In this document: positions 1-9,700 of the stretch, piece by piece
Layout of the letters: the number at the start of each line of letters is the position of its first letter
How positions within the stretch are numbered: the stretch's first letter is position 1
Origin: Xanthomonas campestris pv. campestris str. ATCC 33913
GTDB lineage: Bacteria > Pseudomonadota > Gammaproteobacteria > Xanthomonadales > Xanthomonadaceae
Direction: 5' to 3'
Assembly (NCBI RefSeq): GCF_000007145.1
Contig: NC_003902.1
Coordinates: forward strand, 3,026,497 to 3,058,496
DNA length: 32,000 bases
Translations under genes and position numbers: made by a program
The notes under the pieces: generated by a model
The model's database searches: none
What the model was told of the DNA's origin: nothing
The model's input: the letters and a program-made list of their open reading frames with translations, nothing else

Positions 1-455
1 AGCACGCCGTAGCGCTGCTTGAGCCACTTTTTGGCGATCACGCCGGCGGCCACGCGCATGGTAGTTTCGCGCGCGGACGAGCGCCCGCCACCACGCGGGT
101 CGCGGATGCCGTACTTCTGCCAATAGGTGTAATCAGCATGCCCGGGGCGGAACTGCTGGGCGATGTTGGTGTAGTCCTTGCTGCGCTGATCGGTGTTGCG
201 GATCAGCAGCCCGATCGGCGTGCCGGTTGTGCGGCCCTCGTAGACGCCGGACAGGATTTCGATCTCGTCGGCCTCGCGGCGCGCGGAGGTATGCCGGCTC
301 TTGCCGGTGGCACGCCGCTGCAGGTCGTGGGTGAACTCTTCCGGCGCGATCTCCAGGCCGGGAGGGCAACCGTCGATGACGCAGCCGATCGCCGGCCCAT
401 GCGATTCGCCGAAAGTGGTGACCGTGAACAAGCGGCCAAAACTGTTACTGCCCAT
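1..455 (-). CDS. aroC: Chorismate synthase, N-terminal ~151 codons (3' end lies beyond the window start)
   Basis: Not in the ORF track because it is open at the window edge. The reverse complement from the ATG (comp. 455-453) reads [35 protein letters not shown]...[12 protein letters not shown]...[16 protein letters not shown], the conserved AroC N-terminus. It continues without a stop to position 1. Confidence 0.9.
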   Translation of the reverse strand, partial: MGSNSFGRLFTVTTFGESHGPAIGCVIDGCPPGLEIAPEEFTHDLQRRATGKSRHTSARREADEIEILSGVYEGRTTGTPIGLLIRNTDQRSKDYTNIAQQFRPGHADYTYWQKYGIRDPRGGGRSSARETTMRVAAGVIAKKWLKQRYGV

Positions 456-933
456 GACGGCATCCTTTCAACATCTCTGCAGGCTGCAGCGCGTGCAGCA
501 TGCGCGGCAGGTGACGTGCGGCGACCAGCATCGGCGCCACTGCCAGCACACCACTTGCCACGAGCAGGAACACGCCCAGCCGGGCGTGGCCGCTGAGCAA
601 CCAGTTGGCCAGCAAATGCACCGCCACGCCCATCCCGACCAGCAGGCCAAAGGCCACAATCCAGCTGCGGCGCCGATGCGCACGTAATGTGGCATCCGAA
701 CTGGTGGTCACGACCCAGGCACAGACGAGTCCGAAAAATGCCATGGACCCGAAGGTGATTTCTGCAGCGGCACTGGCCCAGCGCTGAAGTGCCGGGCCGC
801 CGTACATCGGGTCGAACAACCGAAACACCACATCGAGCAATCCGAACGGAATGCACATGCCGAGCACGGACACCGGCACCAGCAGCACGATGTCGCTCAG
901 ATGTGGCCGGTGCGTGCGTGCCTCAGCGCGCAC
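445..933 (-). CDS. Integral membrane protein, four predicted TM helices, unknown function
   Basis: 162-codon ORF with a GTG start at comp. 933. Hydrophobic helices: [75 protein letters not shown]. It fills the 467-bp gap between the prmB stop and the aroC start. No family recognised; start uncertain. Confidence 0.55.
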   Translation of the reverse strand: MRAEARTHRPHLSDIVLLVPVSVLGMCIPFGLLDVVFRLFDPMYGGPALQRWASAAAEITFGSMAFFGLVCAWVVTTSSDATLRAHRRRSWIVAFGLLVGMGVAVHLLANWLLSGHARLGVFLLVASGVLAVAPMLVAARHLPRMLHALQPAEMLKGCRHGQ

Positions 934-1849
934 TGGCCAGCTCGGTGATGCGCGCGCTGTGTGCGATCAACTCGCGGCATTCGACCGCGAAGATGCCCAT
1001 CTGGCCGACCTTGAACTCGACCCAGGCGAAATCCACTTCCGGCAGCAGCTTGATCAGGTGCTGCTCGGACTCGCCCACTTCACAGATCAGCAGGCCGTCT
1101 TCGCTGAGGTGCTGCGGCGCATCGCGCAGGATCTTCAGCACCAGATCCAGGCCATCGTCGCCCGCACGCAGGCCGAGTTCCGGCTCGTAGGAATATTCCT
1201 GCGGCAGCGCGTCGGTTTCGTCGTTGGTGACATACGGCGGATTGGTCACGATCAGGTCGTACTGCCGCCCGGCCAGACCGGTGAACAGATCGGATTTGAG
1301 CAGGCTGACGTTGTCGGCATGCAGGCGCGCCTTGTTCTCGGCGGCCAGCGCCAGCGCGTCATCGCTGATGTCCACGCCGTCCACGTCCCAATGCGGGTTG
1401 TAGTGGCCCATCGCGATGGCGATGCAGCCGGAGCCGGTGCACAGGTCCAGCGCGCGGGTCACTTCGCGGCCGCCCAGCCAGGGCTCGAAGCCCGCTTCGA
1501 TCAGCTCGGCGATCGGCGAACGCGGCACCAGTGCGCGCGCATCGCTCTTGAAACTCAGCCCGGCAAACCAGGCCTCGCCGGTGAGATATGCCGCCGGCAC
1601 GCGCTCGTCGACGCGGCGCTGGAACAGTGCCAGCACGCGCTCTTTTTCTGCGCGCAGCAGGCGTGCCTGGCCATAGGCCGGGCCCAGATCGTGCGGCAGG
1701 TGCAGGCTGTGCAGGACCAGCTGCGTGGCTTCGTCCAGCGCGTTGTCGTAGCTGTGGCCGAAGGTGAGACCGGCCTCGTTGAAACGGCTGGTGCCGTAGC
1801 GGATCAGGTCGATGATGGTGTGCAGTTCGTCGGCCGCGGCGGCAGTCAT
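923..1849 (-). CDS. prmB: Ribosomal protein L3 glutamine N5-methyltransferase
   Basis: 308 aa. AdoMet-binding DLCTGSGCIAIA and catalytic NPPY (LIVTNPPYV). Collinear with E. coli PrmB/YfcB. Linkage to aroC is conserved, as in enterobacteria. Confidence 0.9.
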   Translation of the reverse strand: MTAAAADELHTIIDLIRYGTSRFNEAGLTFGHSYDNALDEATQLVLHSLHLPHDLGPAYGQARLLRAEKERVLALFQRRVDERVPAAYLTGEAWFAGLSFKSDARALVPRSPIAELIEAGFEPWLGGREVTRALDLCTGSGCIAIAMGHYNPHWDVDGVDISDDALALAAENKARLHADNVSLLKSDLFTGLAGRQYDLIVTNPPYVTNDETDALPQEYSYEPELGLRAGDDGLDLVLKILRDAPQHLSEDGLLICEVGESEQHLIKLLPEVDFAWVEFKVGQMGIFAVECRELIAHSARITELASAR

Positions 1850-1929
1850 GGCAACAACTAAGAAGTGTTCGGCCCCCGATTATAGAGGTCGGATCGGTAT
1901 CATGAGCGTCCGTTGCACTGGAAACCGCC

Positions 1930-2580
1930 ATGTTCAATCGCAATACCGGCATCGTGCTGCTGGTGGCGCTGGCCGCCGGGCTAGGCCTGTTGCTGGGCCA
2001 GAAGTTCCTTGGCGGCACCCCGCGCTCGCCCTGGCCGCCCACCCAGACCATCACCTTCTACCCACAGCCGCGCCCGCTGCCGCAGTTCAGCCTGCGCCAG
2101 TCAGATGGCACCCAGCTGGTGCCCGGCGAATTGAACGGTCATTGGACCCTAGTGTTCCTGGGCTTCACCTTCTGCCCGGATGTCTGCCCCACCACACTGA
2201 CCGATCTGGCGGTGGCCCAGCGGCAGTGGGAGAGTGTTCCCGAGAGCCTGCGCCCGCGCGTGTTGTTCGTGTCGGTGGACCCGCAGCGCGACCCGCCCGC
2301 ACGCCTGGGCGAATACGCGCACGCCTTCCACAAGGACACGCTGGCGGCCACGGCCGATGAACCGTCGCTGGAGCGCTTCGCCACCGCGCTGGGGTTCGTG
2401 TTCCAGAAAGTGCCGGGCAAGAATTTCGCGCAGAACCCCAACGACTACAGCATGGATCACTCGGCCGGCATCGCCGTGCTCGATCCGCAGGGCCGGCTCG
2501 CTGGCCTGATCCGTCCGCCGCTCGACCCGAAGGCGATTGCCGCCGACCTCCAACAGCTGACCAAGGTAACCGCTCCGTGA
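1930..2580 (+). CDS. SCO1/SenC-family copper chaperone / thiol-disulfide protein
   Basis: 216 aa. N-terminal TM helix ([17 protein letters not shown]), thioredoxin-like body with the SCO1 CxxxC copper motif ([11 protein letters not shown]), and a downstream conserved His ([11 protein letters not shown]). Confidence 0.85.
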   Translation: MFNRNTGIVLLVALAAGLGLLLGQKFLGGTPRSPWPPTQTITFYPQPRPLPQFSLRQSDGTQLVPGELNGHWTLVFLGFTFCPDVCPTTLTDLAVAQRQWESVPESLRPRVLFVSVDPQRDPPARLGEYAHAFHKDTLAATADEPSLERFATALGFVFQKVPGKNFAQNPNDYSMDHSAGIAVLDPQGRLAGLIRPPLDPKAIAADLQQLTKVTAP

Positions 2581-3425
2581 GTCTTGTCACTTCCCTGACC
2601 TACGTGCTGCCGCATCGGCTGCTGTCCTCGCTGGCGCGCGCCCTGGCGTATTCCAAGTCGCCAGCGACCAAGCAGTGGCTGATCGACACGGTCACGCGCA
2701 AGTTTGGCGTGGATCTGAGCGAAGCCCAGGAGCCGGATCCGCGCGTCTACCCCACCTTCAATGCGTTTTTCACCCGTGCGCTGAAGCCCGGCGCGCGCGT
2801 GCCCGACGCCGACCCGCAGGCGCTGTTGATGCCGGCGGACGGGCGCATCAGCCAGCTCGGGCCGATCGAGAACGGGCGCATCTTCCAGGCCAAGGGCCAA
2901 TCGTTCACGGCTGCGGAACTGCTCGGCGATGAGTCCGCCGCCGTGCCCTTCCACAATGGCCTGTTCGCCACGGTGTATCTGTCGCCCAAGGACTATCACC
3001 GCGTGCACATGCCGTGGAGCGGCACCTTGCGCGAAACCGTGCATGTGCCTGGCCGGCTTTTCAGTGTTGGCCCCGATGCAGTGCGCAACGTGCCGCGGCT
3101 GTTCGCCCGCAACGAACGCCTGGTGTGCCACTTCGATACCGACTTCGGCCCGATGGCCTCGGTGATGGTGGGCGCGCTGCTGGTGTCCGGCGTGGAAACC
3201 GTCTGGAGCGGTGTGGAGATCCCGCGCTACGGCGACCGCATCACGCGCAAGGATTACCGCGGCAAGGGGATCACGCTGGAGCGCTTTGCGGAGATGGCGC
3301 GCTTCAATTATGGATCGACGGTCATCGTCTTGCTGCCGCCGGGCGTTGCCGCGCTTGAAGGCGGGCTGGCTGCGGAATCGTCGGTGCGGCTGGGACAGGC
3401 GCTGGCACGACGCCAGGTGGCCTGA
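2577..3425 (+). CDS. psd: Phosphatidylserine decarboxylase proenzyme
   Basis: 282 aa. The GTG start overlaps the SCO1-like stop (GTGA). Collinear with E. coli Psd, including [23 protein letters not shown] and the GST self-cleavage site ([11 protein letters not shown]). Confidence 0.9.
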   Translation: MSLVTSLTYVLPHRLLSSLARALAYSKSPATKQWLIDTVTRKFGVDLSEAQEPDPRVYPTFNAFFTRALKPGARVPDADPQALLMPADGRISQLGPIENGRIFQAKGQSFTAAELLGDESAAVPFHNGLFATVYLSPKDYHRVHMPWSGTLRETVHVPGRLFSVGPDAVRNVPRLFARNERLVCHFDTDFGPMASVMVGALLVSGVETVWSGVEIPRYGDRITRKDYRGKGITLERFAEMARFNYGSTVIVLLPPGVAALEGGLAAESSVRLGQALARRQVA

Positions 3426-3707
3426 CGCGCAGCGGCGCGACAGGCGTTTAAACACTTCACTCGCGCGACGCTACGGTCATCGTGCTTTCGTCAGACGTCG
3501 CCGCGCTCTGACACGCGCACGTGCCGCAGACTGCTGCGTGGTTGAGCAAGACGCAACGCGTCAGGCGTTTCGGCGCTTCGTTTGGCTACGCTTTAGAACC
3601 TGGCCAAACGCGCACACGCCGCTCCACTGACAGACAAGTGCGGCACCGGCTACGCCAACGCAGTACGCTGCCATGGCGCACCGGACACTTCCCACCTAGG
3701 ACCCTGC

Positions 3708-4697
3708 ATGACCACACGGATGTTGCGATGGCCGCTGGCCGTCGCCCTCGCCACGGTGCTGGCCGGCTGTGGCCAGCAGAGCGAGCAACAGCAGCTGGAT
3801 GCGCTGCGTTCGGGCCTGCAATACCGGGGCTACCGGCAGTTCAGTGAGCATGGGTTGCCGGTCGCCTTTGCCGCCTACCAGCGCGGCGGCAGCCTGCTGG
3901 ACACGCCGCCGGAACCACTGACTGCCGACGACATCTGCATGCTCCACGCGATGCTGTCCTACACCGCACTGTCCGCCAACAAACTGCTGCCCGCGATCGC
4001 CGAAGCGGACCTGCTGGAGCGCGATTGCGGGTCGCAGGGCGCGCTGATCGCCACGGCACTGCGCTCGGTGGCGTTCGAACGCAAGCACTGGCCGCAGCTT
4101 GCGCAGCGCTCCAGCGACAGCCTGTGGAAACACGACGCCAATCCCGACGACACCCTCACCACCTTGCTCATGCTGCACGTGGTGATGGCTTATGCGGCCA
4201 TCCAGGACAAGCGCTGGGATGCGGCGGTGCTGCATGCGGATGCGATCGGCCTGGCGGTGCGTGCACCCTGGCTGGGCGAGCTGGCGCGCGTGGGCCAGGA
4301 TTTTGCCGAGCACCGGTTGCTGGAAGGCCTGCGCCGGCTCAAACGCCTGAGCGAAAACCCGAAGGTGCCGCCGGACGTGCGCGCCGAACTGCAGGCATTG
4401 ATCACCCGCATCGAAGCGGAGAGTGGCGACCTGGACTCGAGCTGGGCGATCGCCCGCATCCTCACCCGCTTCATGTGGCAGGCGATCGAACAGAACGCGG
4501 CGCCTGCCACCAGGGATCTGATGCGTTTTGCCGAGCAGCAGACCAGCAAACTGGGCCCCGACGCACTACGGCAGGGCTGGCGTGCACGCTGGACACGCTG
4601 GTGGGCGAAGGCACAGACCTTCTGGCAGGACGCCGCGCCCGCGTCGGACAAGAATGCGGATGCCGCTCCAGCAGCGCCCGCTCCCGCCACGCAGTGA
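3708..4697 (+). CDS. Putative lipoprotein, helical, unknown function
   Basis: 329 aa. AGGA lies 7 nt upstream of the ATG. Signal peptide plus lipobox (LATVLAGC|GQ). Ala/Pro-rich C-terminal tail. No family recognised. Confidence 0.6.
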   Translation: MTTRMLRWPLAVALATVLAGCGQQSEQQQLDALRSGLQYRGYRQFSEHGLPVAFAAYQRGGSLLDTPPEPLTADDICMLHAMLSYTALSANKLLPAIAEADLLERDCGSQGALIATALRSVAFERKHWPQLAQRSSDSLWKHDANPDDTLTTLLMLHVVMAYAAIQDKRWDAAVLHADAIGLAVRAPWLGELARVGQDFAEHRLLEGLRRLKRLSENPKVPPDVRAELQALITRIEAESGDLDSSWAIARILTRFMWQAIEQNAAPATRDLMRFAEQQTSKLGPDALRQGWRARWTRWWAKAQTFWQDAAPASDKNADAAPAAPAPATQ

Positions 4698-4721
4698 CTG
4701 CGTCCCGGCCGGTATCCGCGG

Positions 4722-4745
4722 CAGCACGCGGCCGACCGCGTGCTG
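4722..4745. terminator. GC-rich hairpin between convergent genes (possible bidirectional terminator, no U-tract)
   Basis: CAGCACGCGG-ccga-CCGCGTGCTG, a 10-bp perfect stem. It sits in the 90-bp gap between the lipoprotein stop (4697) and the transglycosylase stop (4788). Confidence 0.4.
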
Positions 4746-4787
4746 GCCGACGCCTACGCCATGAGTCCCGTCGGGAAGCTGTAGCTC

Positions 4788-6368
4788 TCAGCGATCGCAA
4801 CCAGCCAGCTTGATCGGTTGCCCCGGCTTGAGCGCGTACGACGGCGCCTTCAGGCCGTTGGCCTTGGCCAGCTCCTTGATCTCGCACTGGTACTTCTGCG
4901 CGACCCGGCCCAGGGTGTCGCCCTTGGCAATGGTGTAGCTGCGCACCTGCTTGGCCTTGGGCTTGGCGACTGCCGGCTGGCCGGTGGCCACCGTGGTCGG
5001 CACGCCGGCCATCGGGCTGACATCGCCCACCGCCACGCTGGGCACGTACTCCGGCGCGCTGGTGCGCACGATCGCGCTATTGAGGTCGGCGGTGATCAGC
5101 GCGCGGGCCAGGTCGGCGCGCGGGCCGCTCACGCAATAACGGGTGTACAGGCTGGCGATGCGGCTGGTGGCGTTGATGGTGGTCCCGGCCGGGATCCAAC
5201 CATCGGGTTCGTAGCGCGGGTTGAGATTGCGCAGCGCGCGCATGTAGCCGTCGCGCGTGCCCATGCTGCCCAGGCAGATGGTGAGTTCGTAAATGGTGGT
5301 CGACTTGGCCAACTTGATGGTGGCCGACTGTGCATTGAGCTTGGGAAAGTCCACACCGTACTGGCGCGGGTGCAGGAAGATCCAGGCCGCGGCGATCACC
5401 ATCGGCACGTAGTCCTTGGTTTCAGCCGGGAACTGGTTGTAGACGTCCTGCTCCCAGAACCCGCGGCCACCGGACTGGGCAAAGACGCGTGCCGCGCGCC
5501 CTTCGCCACCGTTGTACGCCGCCAAGGCGAGTTCAATGCTGCGGTTGAGCCCCACCATGCGCTCGTTGAGATAGGCGGCGCTGGCCTCGGCAGCACTGCG
5601 CGCATCGAAGCGGGTATCGAAACCGGTACCGTCCGGGCCCAGTCCGAAGCGGCGCCCGGTGGCCGGCATGAACTGCATCAGCCCTGCGGCGCCCGCACGC
5701 GAACTGGCGTGCACCTTGCCGTTGGATTCCTTGGCCATGATGCCGAACAGCAGCGCCTCCGGCAGCGCGCGTTTCTGCCATTCCGGCCACATCACCGCCC
5801 GCAGGTTGGCGTAGTTCTCATAGCTGGTCAGCAGCGATGGACGCATGTCGGTCAGCCAGCGACGGATGCCGGCCTGCACCGCCGGGTTGTACTGCACCAT
5901 CTTGTCGAAGTCGTGCTGCTGGTCGTTGAGCAGACTGGCCGTGCGGGCCGCAGCGGGGACGTCGGTCGCCAGCGGGCCGATGTGGTCCGGGTCGGCCTGC
6001 AGCAGGGTGTCGTCGTCTTCCGGCTCGTCGGACGCCGGCGCTTCCGCATCCGCGCGCGCCTTGAGCAGGCGCTTGTAGGTCGACAGCTGATTGGCCACCA
6101 GGCAGCCACGCTGCTTGATGCAGGCGTCGATGACGTCTTCCATGTCCTCCAGTGCGGCGTCGCCTTCGGCGGTGCCCTTGGGGTCGGAGTTGTTCACCAA
6201 CACCAGGGCGTCGCGGTAGCGCTTCTCGGCGGCGGCCATGCGTGCATCCAGCGCGGCGACCTTTTCGGTATCGCGCTTGGACAAGGCATGGGCGGTAGGA
6301 GCGAGGGACAACAACGCCAGCACGGCCAACACGGGCCATGGGCGCAAACCAAAATGAGCGAGCGGCAT
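4788..6368 (-). CDS. Membrane-bound lytic murein transglycosylase (SLT domain) with C-terminal LysM, MltD-like
   Basis: Signal peptide from the internal ATG at comp. 6368 (MPLAHFGLRPWPVLAVLALLSLAPTAHA). SLT catalytic block AKESNG...GLMQFMPATG...AYNGG. C-terminal LysM (YTIAKGDTLGRVAQKYQCEIKELAKANGL). The track start at 6425 is TTG and adds 19 residues that do not resemble a signal peptide. Confidence 0.85.
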   Translation of the reverse strand: MPLAHFGLRPWPVLAVLALLSLAPTAHALSKRDTEKVAALDARMAAAEKRYRDALVLVNNSDPKGTAEGDAALEDMEDVIDACIKQRGCLVANQLSTYKRLLKARADAEAPASDEPEDDDTLLQADPDHIGPLATDVPAAARTASLLNDQQHDFDKMVQYNPAVQAGIRRWLTDMRPSLLTSYENYANLRAVMWPEWQKRALPEALLFGIMAKESNGKVHASSRAGAAGLMQFMPATGRRFGLGPDGTGFDTRFDARSAAEASAAYLNERMVGLNRSIELALAAYNGGEGRAARVFAQSGGRGFWEQDVYNQFPAETKDYVPMVIAAAWIFLHPRQYGVDFPKLNAQSATIKLAKSTTIYELTICLGSMGTRDGYMRALRNLNPRYEPDGWIPAGTTINATSRIASLYTRYCVSGPRADLARALITADLNSAIVRTSAPEYVPSVAVGDVSPMAGVPTTVATGQPAVAKPKAKQVRSYTIAKGDTLGRVAQKYQCEIKELAKANGLKAPSYALKPGQPIKLAGCDR

Positions 6369-6603
6369 CGTCGGCAGTACAGCGGAAAGGCAGGCAGGGT
6401 AGCCGCCGGGGTGACACCGGGGCAAGGCGGCGGGCCCGGCAGGGTCAGTGCGCCGTTAGGTTGGCTACCGCATCCAGCGCAAAGCGGCAGCCCGGCGCCC
6501 GCACCGGGCCTGCCGCCGGCAGATGCCATTGGCGAATGGGCAAATACCCTGTGCCGGCCAGGTTTGACGGCTAGAATCCGGCCTTTCCTACCGGATCTGC
6601 GCA

Positions 6604-8109
6604 ATGGCCTCGTTCCTGCTCGGCAAAGGCATTACCGACGGTATTCCGGTGGTTCTGGAGGGCCGCTTCGGCAACCGGCACGGTCTGGTGGCCGGGGCTA
6701 CCGGCACCGGCAAGACCGTCACCTTGATGACCCTGGCCGAAGGCTTCTCGCGCCTGGGCGTGCCGGTGTTCCTGGCCGACGTCAAAGGCGACGTGGGCGG
6801 CCTGGCGGTGGCCGGCGATGGCGCGCCTCGCGTGCTGCAGCGCGCAACGGAGATCGGCATCGGCGATTACGCGCCGGCCGCCAACCCGGTGGTGTTCTGG
6901 GACCTGTACGGGCAGCTCGGCCACCCGGTGCGCACGACCGTGAGCGAAATGGGCCCTACCTTGCTGGCGCGCATCCTGGAGCTCAATGACACCCAGTCCG
7001 GCGTGCTGGACATCGTGTTCAAGCTGGCCGACGACCGCGGCCTGCTGTTGCTGGACCTGGACGACCTGCGCGCCCTGCTGGCGTTGGTGGTGGAAGAACG
7101 CAAGGAGCTCTCCACCAGCTATGGCCTGGTGTCGGCGCAGTCGGTGGCGGCGATCCAGCGCGCCTTGCTGCGGCTGTCGCAGGATGGTGGCGAACAGTTC
7201 TTCGGCGAGCCGGCGCTGGAATTTGCCGACCTGATGCGGGTGGCACCGGATGGCCGCGGGGTGATCGGCATCCTGGCCGCCAACCAGCTGGTGCTCAAGC
7301 CGCGGCTGTATTCCACCTTCCTGCTCTGGCTGCTGTCGGAACTGTTCGAGCGCCTGCCGGAAGTGGGCGACCTGGAGCAGCCCAAGCTGGTGTTCGTGTT
7401 CGACGAGGCGCACTTGCTGTTCGACGATGCGCCGCCTGCGCTGGTGCAGCGCATCGAACAGGTGGTGCGCCTGATCCGCTCCAAGGGCGTGGGCGTGTAT
7501 TTCTGCTCGCAGTTCCCCGACGATATCCCCGACAACATCCTCGGCCAGCTCGGCAACCGCGTGCAGCATGCGTTGCGTGCATACACGCCGCGCGACCAGA
7601 AGGCGGTCAAGACCGCCGCACAGACGTTTGTCGCCAACCCGAAGCTCGACGTGGCCACCGCCATTTCCAGCCTTGGCACCGGCGAGGCACTGGTGTCTCC
7701 ACTGCAAGGCAAGGGCGTGCCGGCACCGGTGCAGCAGACCCTGATTGCGCCGCCGCGCTGCCGCATGGGCGCTTTAGCCGACAACGAGCGGGCGCAGGTG
7801 CGTGCCGCCAGCCCGGTGGGCACGCGCTACGACACCGCGATCAATCGCGAATCGGCCGCCGAGCTGTTGGCGCGGCGAGTCGAACAGGTGGCCGAGCAGA
7901 CCAACGCACCGCCGGCGCGCACCCGCGAAGAGGACGACGCGCAGGACAGCGGCTTCGGCCAGGCGATCAAGGACGCGGTGTTCGGCACCAAGCGCCGCCA
8001 GGGCATGCTCGAGGCCATGGCCAAGCAGACCTCGCGCACCGTGGGCAACAAGATCGGGCAACAGATCGTGCGCGGTATTTTCGGCAGTATTTTTGGTGGG
8101 AAGCGTTGA
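6604..8109 (+). CDS. yjgR: DUF853-family HerA/FtsK-like P-loop NTPase
   Basis: 501 aa. Walker A GATGTGKT and Walker B LVFVFDEAH. Collinear over the full length with E. coli YjgR as I remember it (…NRHGL..GATGTGKTVTL…IRLIRSKGVGV…GNRVQHALRA.TP.DQKAVK…). Confidence 0.85.
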   Translation: MASFLLGKGITDGIPVVLEGRFGNRHGLVAGATGTGKTVTLMTLAEGFSRLGVPVFLADVKGDVGGLAVAGDGAPRVLQRATEIGIGDYAPAANPVVFWDLYGQLGHPVRTTVSEMGPTLLARILELNDTQSGVLDIVFKLADDRGLLLLDLDDLRALLALVVEERKELSTSYGLVSAQSVAAIQRALLRLSQDGGEQFFGEPALEFADLMRVAPDGRGVIGILAANQLVLKPRLYSTFLLWLLSELFERLPEVGDLEQPKLVFVFDEAHLLFDDAPPALVQRIEQVVRLIRSKGVGVYFCSQFPDDIPDNILGQLGNRVQHALRAYTPRDQKAVKTAAQTFVANPKLDVATAISSLGTGEALVSPLQGKGVPAPVQQTLIAPPRCRMGALADNERAQVRAASPVGTRYDTAINRESAAELLARRVEQVAEQTNAPPARTREEDDAQDSGFGQAIKDAVFGTKRRQGMLEAMAKQTSRTVGNKIGQQIVRGIFGSIFGGKR

Positions 8110-8135
8110 GTGCAGCGCCGCACGGGATGCGCCCG

Positions 8136-8162
8136 GTAGGAGCGCGCTCGCGCGCGATGAGG
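8136..8162 (+). repeat. REP element, GTAG-type (GTAGGAGCGCGCTCGCGCGCGATGAGG)
   Basis: GTAG head followed by the GC palindrome GCGCGC-TC-GCGCGC, 27 nt after the yjgR stop. The same motif recurs (reverse-complemented) at 13731 and 13820. Confidence 0.6.
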
Positions 8163-8230
8163 CCTTAACCGCAGCGCACCGCGCGCAAGCGCACGCGCCA
8201 CACCGCATTCGCACGACAAGGAGCCACAAG

Positions 8231-8752
8231 ATGCATGGATCTGCAGCGCTTATCACGACGTTTCTCTGGCTTTCCAGCGCGGGCGCGGCGTTCTCTGCGC
8301 CACAAACACAGCAAGCAGATCCACACACTGCGTGGCCACCGAGCAGGCAACACCTGCTTGCGGGGCACTATGTTGGCAAGCTGCATCCAGACATTGCGCC
8401 GTGCCAGGCCGTTCGCGCGGAACTCTGGCTTGAAGCGGCACAGGGAGACAAAAGTAGTCGTCGCTATACGCTCAAGACGACGTGCATCGCCCGCGAAAGC
8501 CAACGCAGCAATAGCGTTGTCACCGAACGCGGTCCCTGGTGGCTCGACATCGTCGGCAGCGAGTGCCTGATGCTCTCCCGCGACGATGCGTCCGATCTTT
8601 CGCTCAATCCAAATCTGTACGGCTTTCGGATCAACACAGAACCTACTGCGAGCGACCAGAAACCCAGCTACTCCTTGGCCCAGGATGGGCACAACTGCCA
8701 CAGCGGCGACTGGCCGGAACATCGCGACAAGGTTTTGAAACGCGTCCGCTAA
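8231..8752 (+). CDS. Secreted hypothetical protein (signal peptide, 4 Cys)
   Basis: ATG at 8231, 7 nt after AAGGAG (8218-8223). 173 aa. Signal peptide MHGSAALITTFLWLSSAGAAFSA. The upstream part of track ORF 7802..8752 overlaps yjgR out of frame and is discarded. Confidence 0.6.
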   Translation: MHGSAALITTFLWLSSAGAAFSAPQTQQADPHTAWPPSRQHLLAGHYVGKLHPDIAPCQAVRAELWLEAAQGDKSSRRYTLKTTCIARESQRSNSVVTERGPWWLDIVGSECLMLSRDDASDLSLNPNLYGFRINTEPTASDQKPSYSLAQDGHNCHSGDWPEHRDKVLKRVR

Positions 8753-8793
8753 CACGGACCCGGCTTTAAAAGCTCAGCACGCGATGCCGGCTT

Positions 8794-8929
8794 AGATCGG
8801 CTAAAAACGTAGCAAGCAACCGCCCGGTGAGTGCGGACGGCACGGAGAGCCCTAGGTGCACGGGCGGACATAAGCATTCCGGGAACCGGCCCTGCCTGGC
8901 GGCCACACAGTCGTTTTGCTAGCGGCACT
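8794..8929 (+). repeat. Long-hairpin MITE/ERIC-like element, copy 1 (diverged)
   Basis: Collinear with copy 2: AGATCGGCTAAAAACG...CAGTCGTTTTGCTAGCGGCACT. By eye, roughly three quarters of positions are shared with copy 2. It abuts copy 2 with a 1-nt spacer. Confidence 0.6.
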
Positions 8930-8930
8930 T

Positions 8931-9072
8931 AGAGCGGCTAACAAAACGTAGCGAGCAGCCGTCAGGTGGGTGCGGACGGCGCGGAGGAACCGGAGTGTAC
9001 GTCGGTACATGAGGATTCCGAGCACCGGCCGCGCCCGCCTGGCGGTTGCGCAGTCGTTTTGATAGCTGCTCT
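8931..9072 (+). repeat. Long-hairpin MITE/ERIC-like element, copy 2
   Basis: Terminal inverted repeats AGAGCGGCTAACAAAACG / reverse complement of CGTTTTGATAGCTGCTCT. Internal 25-bp stem (8955-8979 with 9025-9049) and apical TGTAC-nnnn-GTACA. Near-identical copy at 27870. Confidence 0.75.
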
Positions 9073-9100
9073 TAATGGCGTGCCTGAGGCAGGCGATACC

Positions 9101-9700
9101 TTAATCAAGCACACCATGCAACTTGGCGTACTGCAGCAACATGATGGTCTTGGCATCGGCAATTCCGCCGGTAGCAATCATCGCCAGCGCAGCGTCGAGC
9201 GACAGTTCCAGCACCTCGATCTCTTCGCCGTCTTCTTCGACACCGCCGCCGGCGCTCACCTTGTCGCCGTCGACATATTCACCGACGAAGAAATACAGAC
9301 GTTCGGTCACCGAGCCCGGGCTCATGAAGGCCTCGAAGACCTTACGCACGTTCTCGATGCGGTAGCCGGTTTCCTCTTCGGTTTCCTTGCGGATACAGGC
9401 CTCGGGATCGTCCTGATCCAGCAGGCCGGCGCAGGCTTCGATCAGCATGCCGTCGGGGTTGCCGTTGAGCAGGGTCGGCAGCCGGAACTGGCGGGTGAGC
9501 ATCACCGTTTGCCTGGCGCGGCTGTACAGCAGAATGGTGGCGCCATTTCCGCGATCGTAGGCCTCGCGCGACAAGGTCTGCCAGCGGCCATCCTTGCGCT
9601 GGAAATCGAAGGTGACCTTACGTAGCACATACCAGTTGTCCGAGAGCACATCGATGGACCGAACACGAACCTGCGGGTTGCCGGTGGCGGTTGGAAGCAA
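9101..9700 (-). CDS. nudK: Nudix hydrolase, GDP-mannose pyrophosphatase NudK-like
   Basis: Collinear with E. coli NudK ([12 protein letters not shown]; Nudix box [22 protein letters not shown]; [16 protein letters not shown]). Start re-set to TTG at comp. 9700, 7 nt after AAGGAG (comp. 9713-9708). The 40 upstream codons of the track ORF have no NudK counterpart. Confidence 0.8.
   Translation of the reverse strand: MLPTATGNPQVRVRSIDVLSDNWYVLRKVTFDFQRKDGRWQTLSREAYDRGNGATILLYSRARQTVMLTRQFRLPTLLNGNPDGMLIEACAGLLDQDDPEACIRKETEEETGYRIENVRKVFEAFMSPGSVTERLYFFVGEYVDGDKVSAGGGVEEDGEEIEVLELSLDAALAMIATGGIADAKTIMLLQYAKLHGVLD

Noticed and set aside
4818-6989. 723-aa plus-strand ORF spanning the transglycosylase gene and running into yjgR
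   Set aside because: It is antisense to a gene with clear SLT/LysM homology. The translation is Arg/Gly/Ala-rich and low in complexity, typical of shadow ORFs in high-GC DNA. It has no motifs.
6571-7707. 378-aa minus-strand ORF antisense to yjgR. The same kind of ORF occurs at 13670..15250 (antisense to rimO), 21413..22537 (antisense to TBDR) and 28252..30507 (antisense to M13 peptidase).
   Set aside because: All are mirror-frame shadow ORFs opposite genes with strong, full-length family signatures. Their composition is dominated by R/A/G/H/Q runs with no recognisable domains.
8794-9072. Tandem repeats considered as a mini CRISPR array
   Set aside because: There are only two adjacent units of ~140 bp with no unique spacers between them (1-nt gap). 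The units are themselves long hairpins with terminal inverted repeats, and no cas genes are present.
8962-9177. Short ORFs reading through the hairpin elements (8962..9177, 27867..28160, 27901..28251) that share the peptide ...TTAQPPGGRGRCSES...
   Set aside because: The shared peptide simply reflects translation of the repeated DNA element. The ORFs lie on the strand opposite to flanking genes and overlap terminators and real CDS starts.
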